A stretch of 64,000 bases of DNA from assembly GCA_028284775.1 (NCBI GenBank), contig JANQRB010000074.1, forward strand, positions 3,256 through 67,255. The letters run 5' to 3'. This document shows, in pieces, positions 1 through 10,774 of the stretch. The translations under genes were made by a program, and so were the position numbers. A model generated the notes under the pieces. It was not told the DNA's origin. It saw only the letters and a list, made by a program, of their open reading frames with translations, and made no database searches. How positions within the stretch are numbered: position 1 is the stretch's first letter; each line of letters starts with the position of its first letter. The stretch comes from Candidatus Kapaibacterium sp. (GTDB lineage Bacteria > Bacteroidota > Ignavibacteria > Kapaibacteriales > UBA7675).

Positions 1-1
1 C

Positions 2-2377
2 TCACACCCGACCTTTGAACGCAGCGAGGCCGGCATTTACGATTATACGGTCTTTGTAACGGACCCCAGCGGATGCACCATACGCGGCAGTATCCGGCTG
101 ACGGTACCGGAATCGCCGCGTCTGAGCATACAACCCAGTCGGCTGGATTTCGGGAAGCTGGGCGAGTGCGGCAGTTTCAAAGAGGAGACGCTCATTATTC
201 GCAACAGCGGCAGGGAAGACCAGGAAATCAGTATCAGCGCCAGCGACGGCTTTTCGCTTATTTCACCGGCATCACCGTTTTCACTGCGGGCCGGACAGGA
301 GCAGGAAGTCCGTATCCAGTTCCAACCGACGCGTCAGGGGAAACTCAACGGCGAGCTCTTGCTGACCATCGGTCGCTGCGGCTTTCAGGAGCGTATCATT
401 CTGGAAGGCGAAAAAACCGAAGCTTTAGCGGCTCTCAGCACTGAAACAGTCGATTTTGGGACGAGTCTCGTTTGCGATGCCGCTTCGATTGCGCGTGGGT
501 TCTACCTTAAGAACATAGGACGTGAGACAATTACAGCCCGGCGGCCGATCATACTCGAGGGTCCTTTCGCAAATCTGACCGCCTTCCCGCGTGTCGTCAA
601 CCCCGGTGATTCGGTCGAGCTCTTGATGCAGTTTACGCCGTCCGCCGCCGGCAATTTTTCGACTGAAGTGCTTGTGCCTTTCCGGTCGCAGAATTGCGAC
701 GACACGCTACGCCTGGTGCTGCGTGGACGACGCCTGACGCCGGAGCTGCGCGCATCACTCGCCGCAATCAATTTCGAGCAATTGACCGGCTGCGAACAAC
801 AACGCAGCACCAGCATGACGATCAGCAATCCTTCCGATGTTGACATCAGCCTGGAAGGGCTCGGCCCCACGCCGCCTTTCCGTCTCCGTCCGGCGGCGCC
901 CTTGCTAATTGCCTCCGGCGCATCAGTCGAGGTCGAGATTGTATTTGAACCGGCCGGCGAAGGCAATTTCGACGACTTGCTGCAGCTGCGCTATGAGCCC
1001 TGCGGCCGCGACATCGCCATTGCGGTAAGGGGCAGCAAACAGGGCGTCAGCTTCAGTGCGCCCGATGTCCTGGATCTTGGTGAATTGGTATTCTGCAGTT
1101 CTGCAAGCAAGACCCTCAGCTTTACGCTGCGAAACACCGGCAGTGCCGATGCCGACGGCGTGATCAGCGACGTAGCGGTCAGCGGACTGTTCACGACGGA
1201 CGTCAGCATCGGAGATCAGCTTCCTTCCGATGGATCAGGCCGGACCTACAACGTCCGATTTGTCCCTGAGCCTGATAGCCCGACCGGCAATTTTGAAGGT
1301 AAGATCGAGCTGCTGTTCAGTCCCTGCGATGTACGCAAGGAAATCAGACTGCTTGCCCGCAAAACGGAGGCAGATCTGGGCCTGAGCCGGGAATCGGCAG
1401 TCCTGGAGTCCAGCGTGATGTCAGCCGGCCAGACGCGCCGGATCGTATTTTACAATACCGGCAGCAGCAAACTGGCTATCGAGGAGATCGACTTTGACAT
1501 TCCGGGTGACTTTACAATTGTCGGAATCGAAGCATCGGACATCAGCGACCTTTCGCCCGGCGACAGCGTCGTGGTGACCGTACGCTACGAGGGTAATGAT
1601 TTCGATACGAGCGCGACCCTGAGGGTTCGCAGCGTCCAACCCTGTATCGGAGTTCAGGCTACGACAATTGTACGCGGGGAAGGACGCGAGCCGGACATTA
1701 TCGGCAGAGTCACGGTCGTAGCGGGAGTAGTCCGTCCCAACACCGGCGAGCGCTTCAGCCTGCCCGTCTGGATCGAAGGAGCCGTCGACTTGATCGAAAG
1801 CGGCGCAACGGGATTCGAAGTGTTTCTCTCCTACAATAAGACCATTATGCTTCCGACAGATGCCGCCAGACTCGGCAGTATCGTCGGTGAGCGCCGTCAC
1901 GTGCAGATTCAAGGCAGTTTGCCGCTCGACGGCAGCACCCTGGGCCTGCTTGACTTTGAAGCCTTGCTCGGCAACGATTCCTGCACCGAGGTCACCATCG
2001 ATTCGGTCGCATGGCTGGGTGGACAGGTTGAGAGCGCCACGCGCAACGGCGAAGTATGTCTCGAAAATCTTTGCCGCGCCGGGAATCACACGCGGCTGTA
2101 CCAGGGCGGTGCGGGAATCGCGCTGCGAATTCCCTCCGAAGGCGGCCCCGTTCGATCGTCTCTCGAAGTCGACTATACGACAGCTGAAGATGGCGATCTG
2201 CAGCTGCAGATCGTCGATATGAACGGTAAGTCAATACACAAAGTCCTCTTCCGGAATCGGCGACGAGGCAATTACCGCGCCACGATAACATTGGCTGGAA
2301 TTCCATCAGGCGTCTATATGTTGGTACTGTCAAGCGAAACACAACGCGCCGACCGGATTCTACAGATTCTTGATTGA
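2..2377 (+). CDS. Large secreted cell-surface protein, 5'-partial (reading frame is open from the window start). It carries tandem Ig-like/ASH (PapD-like) repeats and a T9SS-type C-terminal sorting domain.
   Basis: The frame of ORF 359..2377 has no stop back to nt 2. A repeated ~100 aa unit is visible: a LDFG..C motif followed by a RNxG...I segment and a F.P...G motif. The C-terminus is GVYMLVLSSETQRADRILQILD, which resembles the Por/T9SS CTD consensus. The ORF 73..444 is an out-of-frame overlap. Confidence 0.55.
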   Translation, partial: SHPTFERSEAGIYDYTVFVTDPSGCTIRGSIRLTVPESPRLSIQPSRLDFGKLGECGSFKEETLIIRNSGREDQEISISASDGFSLISPASPFSLRAGQEQEVRIQFQPTRQGKLNGELLLTIGRCGFQERIILEGEKTEALAALSTETVDFGTSLVCDAASIARGFYLKNIGRETITARRPIILEGPFANLTAFPRVVNPGDSVELLMQFTPSAAGNFSTEVLVPFRSQNCDDTLRLVLRGRRLTPELRASLAAINFEQLTGCEQQRSTSMTISNPSDVDISLEGLGPTPPFRLRPAAPLLIASGASVEVEIVFEPAGEGNFDDLLQLRYEPCGRDIAIAVRGSKQGVSFSAPDVLDLGELVFCSSASKTLSFTLRNTGSADADGVISDVAVSGLFTTDVSIGDQLPSDGSGRTYNVRFVPEPDSPTGNFEGKIELLFSPCDVRKEIRLLARKTEADLGLSRESAVLESSVMSAGQTRRIVFYNTGSSKLAIEEIDFDIPGDFTIVGIEASDISDLSPGDSVVVTVRYEGNDFDTSATLRVRSVQPCIGVQATTIVRGEGREPDIIGRVTVVAGVVRPNTGERFSLPVWIEGAVDLIESGATGFEVFLSYNKTIMLPTDAARLGSIVGERRHVQIQGSLPLDGSTLGLLDFEALLGNDSCTEVTIDSVAWLGGQVESATRNGEVCLENLCRAGNHTRLYQGGAGIALRIPSEGGPVRSSLEVDYTTAEDGDLQLQIVDMNGKSIHKVLFRNRRRGNYRATITLAGIPSGVYMLVLSSETQRADRILQILD

Positions 2378-2463
2378 TTTTTGTGTTGAAAGTCAACATT
2401 CGATTACCAGGGATAATCATCTTGACAGCAATAGCTTAAGCCGATTATCTTCCTGCCTTTTCT

Positions 2464-3711
2464 TTACTTCCCACACAAATCGCGACAGCTGAATGAGCTG
2501 ACAATCGCTTCGGCAGTCCAGCGCTGGCGCTCGACAATCTTTAGTCCGGCAGTACTATCGAGGTCTAGTGACCTGCACAAGGTGGCAGCCAGCGCCCGAT
2601 AGTAGCGCGGTTCCGGATAGAACGGCACACCGAGTTCATTCAGCGCCCAGAGATCAATCGAGAGATACTCGACGCTGCCCTCGACCGGACGATGACGATG
2701 AGGCATGGCGGCGGCAGGGAGCGAGGGCGCCGCATCCGGGGCATAGAACAAAACAGCTTCGCTGTGAATCCCGGAATACAGATGCAATGATGGAATATCA
2801 TCCCAACCGCCGACAAGATTAAATACCGGCAGGCAGGTAACGATGATTAGTGCTGTGCCGATGCGCGCGGAGCTGCCGAGCGAGCGCAACATCCGCGCTA
2901 AGGAGCTGAAGGAAGGGCCGCTTTTCTCCCATGCCGCCATGAGCAACAGGATCACGATCTGCGCCAGGTTCCAGGGCCACACGACGGGATTCCAGCTATT
3001 TGCGATAAGGATAAACAGGAGACTGCAATGCATGGCAATCGCCAGGCCGATAGCCCAGCGCCGGACGCGCGTAATCAGCAAGCCCACGGCGATCATCAAT
3101 TCCACGAGCGGCGCCACGTAGGCCAAATCCGCGTGGCTTTCGGCAAAGCCGGATAAGTCAAAAGCACGCATCAGCCAGGGAAACACATCGTCAGGAAAAA
3201 AAGTGTTGAATTTGTGCAGCGCACTCCAAAAGTACAATGCACTGAACATCAACAGTAAACCAGCCCGTTGGGCCTGTGTTCGACCTGCAGCTGATGTCGG
3301 TATTACGATCGGCAAGGCCAGACAGTAAAAGTAGAACCAGGGTTGCAACCTGGTGATGTCCTCAAGTACAAACAACCCAGCTATCATAAAGAAAGCAACA
3401 AGTACGGCGCTGGGAACGCGGCGCCTTGTAGTCAGCAACAGCAATACGATCGCGCCGCCGAATAAAAGGCCGTCGAAAATGATGCCATAGTTGAGCGGCA
3501 GGCTGGCGAAGGCTGGAACGAGCGGCAGATCGCGCTGGATAGGCAGCCAGACCTTCCACGAAATCAAAAGCTGGACCAGGAGGCACAGAGCAATTAGGCC
3601 TCTGATGACAGTCAGATTTCGCTCTGGCAAGGCCGAGATTGAATCGGAATAAGAACGGAGTAGCGCAAAAGTTCTTAACACATGAATCCCGCAACAAATG
3701 CAGTTCAGCAC
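2464..3711 (-). CDS. Polytopic membrane protein, possibly HTTM-like. It appears homologous to the 26334..27425 product.
   Basis: There are about 8 hydrophobic segments. The conserved core (LYFWSALHKFN ... AIAMHCSLLFIL) has the same K/H pattern and spacing as the 26334..27425 protein (LYAGACLNKL ... TFHGVMIILMNG). Confidence 0.4.
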   Translation of the reverse strand: MLNCICCGIHVLRTFALLRSYSDSISALPERNLTVIRGLIALCLLVQLLISWKVWLPIQRDLPLVPAFASLPLNYGIIFDGLLFGGAIVLLLLTTRRRVPSAVLVAFFMIAGLFVLEDITRLQPWFYFYCLALPIVIPTSAAGRTQAQRAGLLLMFSALYFWSALHKFNTFFPDDVFPWLMRAFDLSGFAESHADLAYVAPLVELMIAVGLLITRVRRWAIGLAIAMHCSLLFILIANSWNPVVWPWNLAQIVILLLMAAWEKSGPSFSSLARMLRSLGSSARIGTALIIVTCLPVFNLVGGWDDIPSLHLYSGIHSEAVLFYAPDAAPSLPAAAMPHRHRPVEGSVEYLSIDLWALNELGVPFYPEPRYYRALAATLCRSLDLDSTAGLKIVERQRWTAEAIVSSFSCRDLCGK

Positions 3712-4344
3712 CTAAACTACAAGTTAGAGATTCCGAATCGATTGCCAAGCCCCGGATAAAAGGGCACTACGTATGGACTTAGACAGTTTTTTTGACTTTG
3801 GACCGAGAAGCTGTTGCGTTTAACGTGAATTGTAGTATTTTTGGTGCTCTTAGCTTGAAGACGTGGTGAATTGTTATATCGCTGATCTCCATGGATTCGA
3901 GCACAGCAATGGTGAGAGCTGGGGTGGGTTGCTTACCAGGGTACGATAGTAAACGCTAAACGAGCAAAAGCACTTGAATCGACTGCATAACGTGAAAGGA
4001 TTGGCTGAGTAATCAGGTCGCAGTACCAATTGGTTATACGCTTAATAATTACCCTCGTGTAGACACACCTCCAATTATTCTCATACGTAAATCACAGCAT
4101 TCGGGCGCAATAGCGGGATGTTGCCGTTCCGGCGACACACCGGGGATGTTTGTGCGCCCGGTACTACATAGCTCCATCGTCGTGCCGACGGCCCGGCACG
4201 AAATTTCACATTCAAATCGGTGCCCGAAGCCGCCTTCGATCAGCGGAATCAGGCATCGTATCTCCCTACTCACTGTCGGAGATATAATGGAGGCTCCCGA
4301 ACCTGCCCCTTGTTAATCTTCGACTCATTCGTGGACTGATCTTT

Positions 4345-6264
4345 ATGCGCTACACCTACCCAATTCAGACAGACGCCGCTACCACTGGCGGCCATCAGGT
4401 ACTCAATGAAAAGCTAAGGGCAATCGAGAACCAGATGCTCCACTCGCCCCCCGCGGCTCTGCGGGCGGCCAAATCGATGTTAGGCGAACACGAACTACGA
4501 AATGCCCCCTTGTATAAAGCCCGGCTCTTTCGCTTAATCGGCAGCTGTCAATTAAAACTGGACCGCTACGATGAAGCGCAGCGAAGTCTACAGCAATCCG
4601 AGCGCCTGCTATTGCGGGGTGGCGGCCTGCGATCCACTACTTGCAGTGAACGCTGTCGCTCGCAGCTTACGATGGCGGAAGTTTTTGCGAATCGCGGCCT
4701 GTATCAGGATGCCCTGCACTATTTCAGCAAAGCGGCACAATGCGCTCAACAATGCAAAGATCGTGTCCTTTTCACGAATGTGCAGCAAGGCAAAGCATCC
4801 GTACTTGCGACGCTGGGACGCTATGACGCGGCATTATTAGAGCTTGGCGAAGCCTACCAGGAGGCAGTCAGACTGGAGGCAGACAGTCTTGTCGAGGAGG
4901 CAGGCAATCTCGTCGGGGCGGTCCTGTGCAGTCAGGGCCGCGTCTATCTGCAGCAGGGCAGGCTTCACCAGGCACTGGCGGCTCTTAGCGAAGGCGCGCG
5001 GAAAGCCGGACGCGACACGAGTCTTGACGCCGATATTAAAGCCGAACTCGCGGTAGTCTACGAGCGCAGCGGGTCGCCGCTGCAATCCATCGCGCTCTTC
5101 GAGCAAGCCTTGCATCTCTACCAGCGAAGCGGCGATCGTTTGCGGGAAAGTCGGCTGCGACTCAAGCTGTCCGAGTCGTATTTGCGCCGAAAGGAGGCTG
5201 ATCTGGCCGAGCCTCACATCGAAAGCTGTCTCCGGCACTTTCGGGAAATCGGCGCCAAGACCTATGAGGCCGAGTCATTGAAACTAAGAAGCGCGGTTTA
5301 CAGCCAGGCGCGGCAGTGGAAGCAGGCGCTCGCACATGCTAAAGCCGCCCTGAATTTGTTTGAGCAAAGCGGCGACGAGCGCAATGCACTACGATGTAAT
5401 CTGCAAATTGCTGATACCTTCCGGCAGTCACGCGATCTCGATAGTGCTCGAAGTTGTCTCCAGGACGTGCTTACGCAATCAGTCGCAATTCATGACAACG
5501 AAGGCGAGTGTATGGCTCGCTTCGGCCTGGGGAGTATCTACCGCGAAGTGGGAAAGACCGACAATGCGCTCGCTTTGCTGAGCGAGGCTGAGGAGCTGGC
5601 GCGCAATTCGCAATTGAGGGACCTGCAGAGCGACATCCACTACGAACTCTATTTGACACATAATGCCCGATCTTCCGCCGATAGTTCGCAACAAGCCATC
5701 CTGCATTTAGAGGAGCACGCCAGTTTGCAGCGCAGTATGCTCAATTCCAACACCATTAAGGAGACCTATCGTCTCGAACAGGGACTTTCACAATACACGG
5801 CAGATACAAAACTGCGAACATTGCAGAATACTCTTGATCGAATCGAGAAAGAAAACTCAAGCCTGAGCAGCCGATTAGACGATCAACGAAAATCCCTAAG
5901 CGCCTTGGCAAAGTCGATTATTAACTACTGTCAGACAGCGCCGCCCGAGGTAGCGCGCGATTTGACCGAGTTACTATCGGAATTCGATTTATCGAAACTT
6001 GCTGAAGTGAAAGAAAAACAGCTGTCCGACGAAGTCAGGCAGCGCAATAGTGATTTTTTCGCGAGACTTTATGCCCGCTGCAGCAGGTTGACCGACACCG
6101 AATTACTCATTGCCGCCTTTGTGCGTGAAAAATTCACAACCAGGACGATCGCCACGGAATTCAATGTTTCGGAGCGAACAGTTGAAAAACACCGCGAACA
6201 CATTCGCAAAAAGTTGGAATTTCGCACCGGACAAACATTTGCAAATTTCTTCGCGACCCTTTGA
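4345..6264 (+). CDS. Transcriptional regulator with an N-terminal TPR-like helical repeat region and a C-terminal LuxR/GerE-type HTH.
   Basis: The C-terminus TIATEFNVSERTVEKHREHIRKKLEF matches the LuxR-family HTH pattern. The long N-terminus is all-helical with repeated LxxAxxYY-like pairs. It is paralogous to 24109..25737 and 40561..42186. Confidence 0.7.
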   Translation: MRYTYPIQTDAATTGGHQVLNEKLRAIENQMLHSPPAALRAAKSMLGEHELRNAPLYKARLFRLIGSCQLKLDRYDEAQRSLQQSERLLLRGGGLRSTTCSERCRSQLTMAEVFANRGLYQDALHYFSKAAQCAQQCKDRVLFTNVQQGKASVLATLGRYDAALLELGEAYQEAVRLEADSLVEEAGNLVGAVLCSQGRVYLQQGRLHQALAALSEGARKAGRDTSLDADIKAELAVVYERSGSPLQSIALFEQALHLYQRSGDRLRESRLRLKLSESYLRRKEADLAEPHIESCLRHFREIGAKTYEAESLKLRSAVYSQARQWKQALAHAKAALNLFEQSGDERNALRCNLQIADTFRQSRDLDSARSCLQDVLTQSVAIHDNEGECMARFGLGSIYREVGKTDNALALLSEAEELARNSQLRDLQSDIHYELYLTHNARSSADSSQQAILHLEEHASLQRSMLNSNTIKETYRLEQGLSQYTADTKLRTLQNTLDRIEKENSSLSSRLDDQRKSLSALAKSIINYCQTAPPEVARDLTELLSEFDLSKLAEVKEKQLSDEVRQRNSDFFARLYARCSRLTDTELLIAAFVREKFTTRTIATEFNVSERTVEKHREHIRKKLEFRTGQTFANFFATL

Positions 6265-6795
6265 GATGACCGACCGAGAAGACTCTAAACAATGTTAAAT
6301 AATTAAGCACATCGGTCGATTACCGGCAATTTGGAAAAAAGACACTAACACCATATTAACGCCTGATCCCTGCAAGCTCACAATAAAATGGGATTTGCAA
6401 GAAAAATCACGATCGACGCTGATTTAAACTTGCATGTTTCCATTTTTTGCTTTAATTACCGACGAGCAAAATCGTTGAACTACGTCGGTCATACAACGAT
6501 TTTGCGCAAGAGGAAAATACCGGTCGTATTGTCCGTTTGCGAAGGATCACATAGTAGATCAAAACAATTCTCTCAGTTGCAGTCAATGCTGGGGCGCAAT
6601 TAAAAGATTGTTGTGCTGGCTTACTGTAGCGCCCTGCCTATCCCTTTCCTTGAATCAAGGCCTCAGCATTGCTTTGACTTAAGATCAGCTTAACATTTTG
6701 TCTAATCAGTCAGTGGTTACATTTGGCGCCATTTGTTTCCCGTGATTGCATGCTATTGCTATGGAGTATTAAGAATTTTCCCTACAGGTGTAGTC

Positions 6796-7149
6796 ATGGA
6801 ATTGAAGCGAATTCTCGTTTTCGGGGCATTTTCAACCTTTTTGCTGCTTGGAATAACAACAGTGTTGTGGGCAGCCTGCTATCCGTTTACCGGCACAGAT
6901 GAGACCGAGAGCGCGACGGTGAGCGTCGTGCCAAACGGCGATTGCGATGATGCAAATCCGCAGTACATTGATCATGGCAACAATGGCAGAACGCAGGTTG
7001 TTAACCTTCCTTGCGACTGCGGCGACGCAGAAGGCATCCATATTAATGGCGGCTCGCTGTTGCCGGTTGGCTACTCGGGAACTGCAGGCGCGACCGGTGA
7101 GTTTTATGTGGTTGTGACAGCTAATGGCTATACGATAACGGACAATTAA
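6796..7149 (+). CDS. Small secreted hypothetical protein. The likely start is MELKRIL, inside ORF 6733..7149.
   Basis: An N-terminal hydrophobic signal-like segment (ILVFGAFSTFLLLGITTVLWAAC) is followed by a Cys/Gly/Asp-rich mature part. An intrinsic terminator sits directly downstream. Confidence 0.35.
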   Translation: MELKRILVFGAFSTFLLLGITTVLWAACYPFTGTDETESATVSVVPNGDCDDANPQYIDHGNNGRTQVVNLPCDCGDAEGIHINGGSLLPVGYSGTAGATGEFYVVVTANGYTITDN

Positions 7150-7164
7150 ACTAAAGGTGCATCA

Positions 7165-7195
7165 GGCCGGGCAGGGGATGCCCGGCCGTTTTTCC
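7165..7195 (+). terminator. Rho-independent terminator after the small secreted-protein gene.
   Basis: GC-rich hairpin GGCCGGGCA-ggggA-TGCCCGGCC followed by GTTTTTCC. Confidence 0.7.
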
Positions 7196-7434
7196 TTCTA
7201 CATTATCTACGTCATTCCGACCTGAGTACGACACGCGACCAGTTAATATTTCGTTAACAAATTCATTAAACCTGAACAAACAAAGAAATGCAATCTGGCA
7301 ATTCCGGTGCCGATGGCATGCTTTATTGCAGCGAGCCGCTTTGTCAGATAGAGGCTTTGACGCCGCATCCGCAAAGACAAAATGCAATCGGCGGCTGCGA
7401 AGATACGACCCGGCATCCGACTGACACGAGAAAA

Positions 7435-9051
7435 CTATTGAGAATTTCCGAGACTGACGGTTACCGCGCGGGCCACGTTCAGACCATCAAGGGCCGCCGA
7501 GACAATGCCGCCGGCATAACCTGCGCCTTCGCCGCAGGGATAAAGATTCGTGATCTGCGTGTGAGCCATTGTTGTTTGGTCGCGCGGAATTCGTACCGGC
7601 GAACTGGTACGTGACTCCAGACCGACCAGATTAGCATCATTGGTGAAGTAACCGGGCATTTTGCTGCCGAAGTGTTGCAGTGCCGTTTGCAGACGTTTAA
7701 AGATTGCAGCGGGCAGCAATTCGTGCAAGGGTGCGGCATACAGTCCCGGGATGTAAGAACTTTGGCACAGTGAATCGGATAAAGTACCGTTAACAAAATC
7801 GACCATGCGCTGGGCGGCGGCGCGTTGGCTGCCGTCGCCCGCATTAAAGAAACTCTGTTCGATCTGCTGCTGAAACCGCATTCCCATCAAAGGGCCATGT
7901 GAATCAAATTCAGGATAGTCCGCCGGCTCCAATGCCACCACGATGCCGGAATTGGCAAAGGGTGAGTTGCGCCGAGACATTGACATTCCATTAACTACAA
8001 GTTCTCCGGGCGCTGTTGCCGCCGGCACGATTAAACCTCCAGGACACATGCAAAACGAAAAGACACCTCGATTGCCGACATGGCTAACCAGCTTGTAAGC
8101 GGCGGCAGGCAGATGCGGCCCGCGAGGATGCTGGTTGTATTGGATCCGGTCGATCAAAGCCTGTTCATGTTCGATGCGCAGTCCTATGGCAAATGGTTTT
8201 GCTTCGAGATGAAGATGATGGCGCTGCAGTAAGAGAAAGATATCGCGGGCCGAATGCCCGGTGGCGAGAATGACGGCCGGAGCGACGAACTCCTTGTTGC
8301 CGTTAACGACAACTCCGCGAATCTTGTTTTCTTTGATGATAAAGTCGTCTACCAGAGCATCAAAATGAACTTCACCGCCATAGTGTAAAATTGTAGCTCG
8401 CAATTGTTGAACTACCAGGGGCAGTTTATTCGATCCGATATGCGGGTGAGCATCAATAAGAATATCGGGCGATGCGCCGTGCTCGACGAGCAATTGCAAA
8501 ATCGTGTGAATGTTTCCGCGTTTGCGTGAATTGGTATAGAGTTTGCCATCGGAATAGGTGCCGGCGCCGCCTTCGCCAAAACAATAGTTCGAATTGGGAT
8601 TGACAATGCCCAATTGTTGAATTGCCCTTAAATCGCGGCGGCGCGAACGTACATCTTTACCACGATCGAGTACAATCGGCTTGATGCCGGCCATCAGCAG
8701 TTGCAAGGCGGCAAAGTAGCCTGCAGGGCCGGCGCCGACTATTATCACCCGCTCCTGATGACGCGCGGTTTTCAACTTCTCGCTGATGCGCTCGGTCGCC
8801 CGCGGTCGCTCGCCGACATAGGCCTCAGCGCTCAAAATTACCCGCGGACGACGCCCCCGCGCGTCGATCGATCGTTTCCGAACCACAAAGCACGTCAGGT
8901 CTTCAGCGGCGATATGGCAACGGCGAAGAAGCTGCGCCTTCACCAGCGACGGATCTGCTGCCTCGGCCGGCGCCAGACTGAGCGTGCACTGTTGAATCAT
9001 AATGTTCCCGATCTTTTTATGGCGGCCCGCGCTAGGGGAGTCTGCAGACAA
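7435..9051 (-). CDS. FAD-dependent oxidoreductase (uncharacterized FAD-dependent dehydrogenase family, COG2509-like).
   Basis: Dinucleotide-binding motif VIIVGAGPAGYFAAL near the N-terminus; 538 aa. A second Gly-rich region (GEGGAGTYSDGKL) is typical of this family. Confidence 0.7.
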   Translation of the reverse strand: MSADSPSAGRHKKIGNIMIQQCTLSLAPAEAADPSLVKAQLLRRCHIAAEDLTCFVVRKRSIDARGRRPRVILSAEAYVGERPRATERISEKLKTARHQERVIIVGAGPAGYFAALQLLMAGIKPIVLDRGKDVRSRRRDLRAIQQLGIVNPNSNYCFGEGGAGTYSDGKLYTNSRKRGNIHTILQLLVEHGASPDILIDAHPHIGSNKLPLVVQQLRATILHYGGEVHFDALVDDFIIKENKIRGVVVNGNKEFVAPAVILATGHSARDIFLLLQRHHLHLEAKPFAIGLRIEHEQALIDRIQYNQHPRGPHLPAAAYKLVSHVGNRGVFSFCMCPGGLIVPAATAPGELVVNGMSMSRRNSPFANSGIVVALEPADYPEFDSHGPLMGMRFQQQIEQSFFNAGDGSQRAAAQRMVDFVNGTLSDSLCQSSYIPGLYAAPLHELLPAAIFKRLQTALQHFGSKMPGYFTNDANLVGLESRTSSPVRIPRDQTTMAHTQITNLYPCGEGAGYAGGIVSAALDGLNVARAVTVSLGNSQ

Positions 9052-9142
9052 AAGGGTGGCCGGAGCTTGAATCAGTGCCGCAGCCCGACAATCGCGGACG
9101 AACGGGGCAGACCGGCCGTTGATGCGGGAGCGCCTTCATTCC

Positions 9143-10774
9143 TTAGTTTTCGGGCTCAAGAAAAGGATAACGATATTCGGTAGGAGACACGAATGTTTCC
9201 TTGATGGTCCGCGGCGAAACCCAACGTAGGAGATTGAGCATCGAGCCGGCTTTGTCATTAGTGCCGGAAGCGCGGGCGCCGCCAAATGGCTGTTGCCCGA
9301 CGACTGCGGCGGTCGGCTTGTCGTTGATATAGAAGTTGCCGGCGCTATTGCGAAGCCGATGGGTGGCATGTTCCACGGCCGAGCGGTCACGAGCAAAAAT
9401 CGAACCGGTCAGAGCATAGGGCGATGTGCTGTCGACAAGGGCCAGCGTTTCATCAAACTGGTTTTCATCGTATACATATATCGTTAGCACCGGGCCGAAA
9501 ATCTCTTCGCACATTGTAAGATAGCCGGGATCGGTCGCGAGCACTACCGTCGGCTCCACAAAATACCCTTGCGATTTGTCATAGTTGCCGCCAAACAGAA
9601 TTTCCATTCCGTCGGCTTTCACCCGGTCGATATAACCGGCGATTTTATCAAATGCTCTTTCGTCAATCACGGCATTGACAAAATTGCCGAAATCCTCCAC
9701 GCTGCCCATGGCCAGACTCTCGAGGTCAGCCAGGAGATAGCTCCGGACATCATCCCAGAGATTCGATGGAATATAGGCCCGCGAGGCTGCCGAACACTTC
9801 TGCCCCTGATACTCGAAGGCACCCCGTGTTAGCGCGGTTGCGACAGCCTTGGCTTCGGCCGAATGATGCGCTACTACGAAATCCTTGCCGCCGGTTTCAC
9901 CCACGATGCGGGGGAAGGTCTTGTACTTGTGGATATTCTGACCGATTGTTTGCCAGAGAAGTTGAAAGGTAGCGAGTGATCCGGTAAAATGCAGGCCGGC
10001 CAAATCCGGGTGATTGAGACAAACCTCGCTCGTCACGGGGCCGTCGCTGAAAACCATGTTTATTACGCCATCGGGGAGGCCGGCTTCGTGGAGAATCTCC
10101 ATGTATAAAGAGCAGGCGTAGTTGGTTTGCGGCGAAGGCTTCCAGACAATTACGTTGCCCATCATTGCCGGAGCGATTGCCAAATTAGCGGCGATCGATG
10201 AGAAATTAAAAGGCGGAACTGCAAAGACGAATCCCTCCAAGGGACGATATTCAAGGCGATTCCACATTCCATCGGGCGAATAGGGCTGCCCGGCGTAAAT
10301 CTGGCTGGCGAATTCTACATTAAAGCGCAAAAAATCAATTAATTCGCAGGCGGCGTCGATCTCAGCCTGATAGACATTTTTCGACTGGCCGAGCATGGTC
10401 ACCGCATTAACACGCGCACGATATGGTCCCGCGATAAGGTCGGCGGCTTTGAGAAAGATAGCTGCCCGATGTTCCCAGGCCATAGCCTCCCATGACTCCT
10501 TAGCGGACAGCGCTGCTTCGATGGCCTGTCGAACATGATCGGCATCCCCTTCATGATATCGGGCCAGCACATGGTGATGCTCATGAGGAGGTCTCATCTC
10601 TTGCAGTCGGGCCGTTCTGACTTCTTTGCCGCCGATGATCATCGGTATGTCGGCCGTTTCCGCCTTCAGCTCCTTGATCGCAGACATAATGGCCCGGCGT
10701 TCCGGCGAAGCCGGGCGATATGGCAAAATGGCTTCATTTCTGGCAGGTGGTATTGCGATTGATCCTTTGCTCAT
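9143..10774 (-). CDS. pruA: L-glutamate gamma-semialdehyde (delta-1-pyrroline-5-carboxylate) dehydrogenase, aldehyde dehydrogenase superfamily.
   Basis: 543 aa ALDH-family protein with catalytic Cys region EIFGPVL...C and C-terminal GGARASGTNDKAGS, which is characteristic of RocA/PruA-type P5C dehydrogenases. Confidence 0.85.
   Translation of the reverse strand: MSKGSIAIPPARNEAILPYRPASPERRAIMSAIKELKAETADIPMIIGGKEVRTARLQEMRPPHEHHHVLARYHEGDADHVRQAIEAALSAKESWEAMAWEHRAAIFLKAADLIAGPYRARVNAVTMLGQSKNVYQAEIDAACELIDFLRFNVEFASQIYAGQPYSPDGMWNRLEYRPLEGFVFAVPPFNFSSIAANLAIAPAMMGNVIVWKPSPQTNYACSLYMEILHEAGLPDGVINMVFSDGPVTSEVCLNHPDLAGLHFTGSLATFQLLWQTIGQNIHKYKTFPRIVGETGGKDFVVAHHSAEAKAVATALTRGAFEYQGQKCSAASRAYIPSNLWDDVRSYLLADLESLAMGSVEDFGNFVNAVIDERAFDKIAGYIDRVKADGMEILFGGNYDKSQGYFVEPTVVLATDPGYLTMCEEIFGPVLTIYVYDENQFDETLALVDSTSPYALTGSIFARDRSAVEHATHRLRNSAGNFYINDKPTAAVVGQQPFGGARASGTNDKAGSMLNLLRWVSPRTIKETFVSPTEYRYPFLEPEN

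Noticed and set aside
73-444. ORF of 123 aa at the window start.
   Set aside because: It overlaps, out of frame, the much longer open frame that enters from the left edge and continues to 2377. It is Arg/Gly-rich like the typical alternative-frame translation of a GC-rich gene.
1421-2420. Several 120-220 aa ORFs on the minus strand and in alternate plus frames inside the large surface-protein gene, and similar antisense ORFs inside pruA, the TonB receptors and the OmpA-like gene.
   Set aside because: They are fully embedded in or antisense to longer, well-supported CDSs. Their compositional bias is typical of shadow ORFs in GC-rich DNA.
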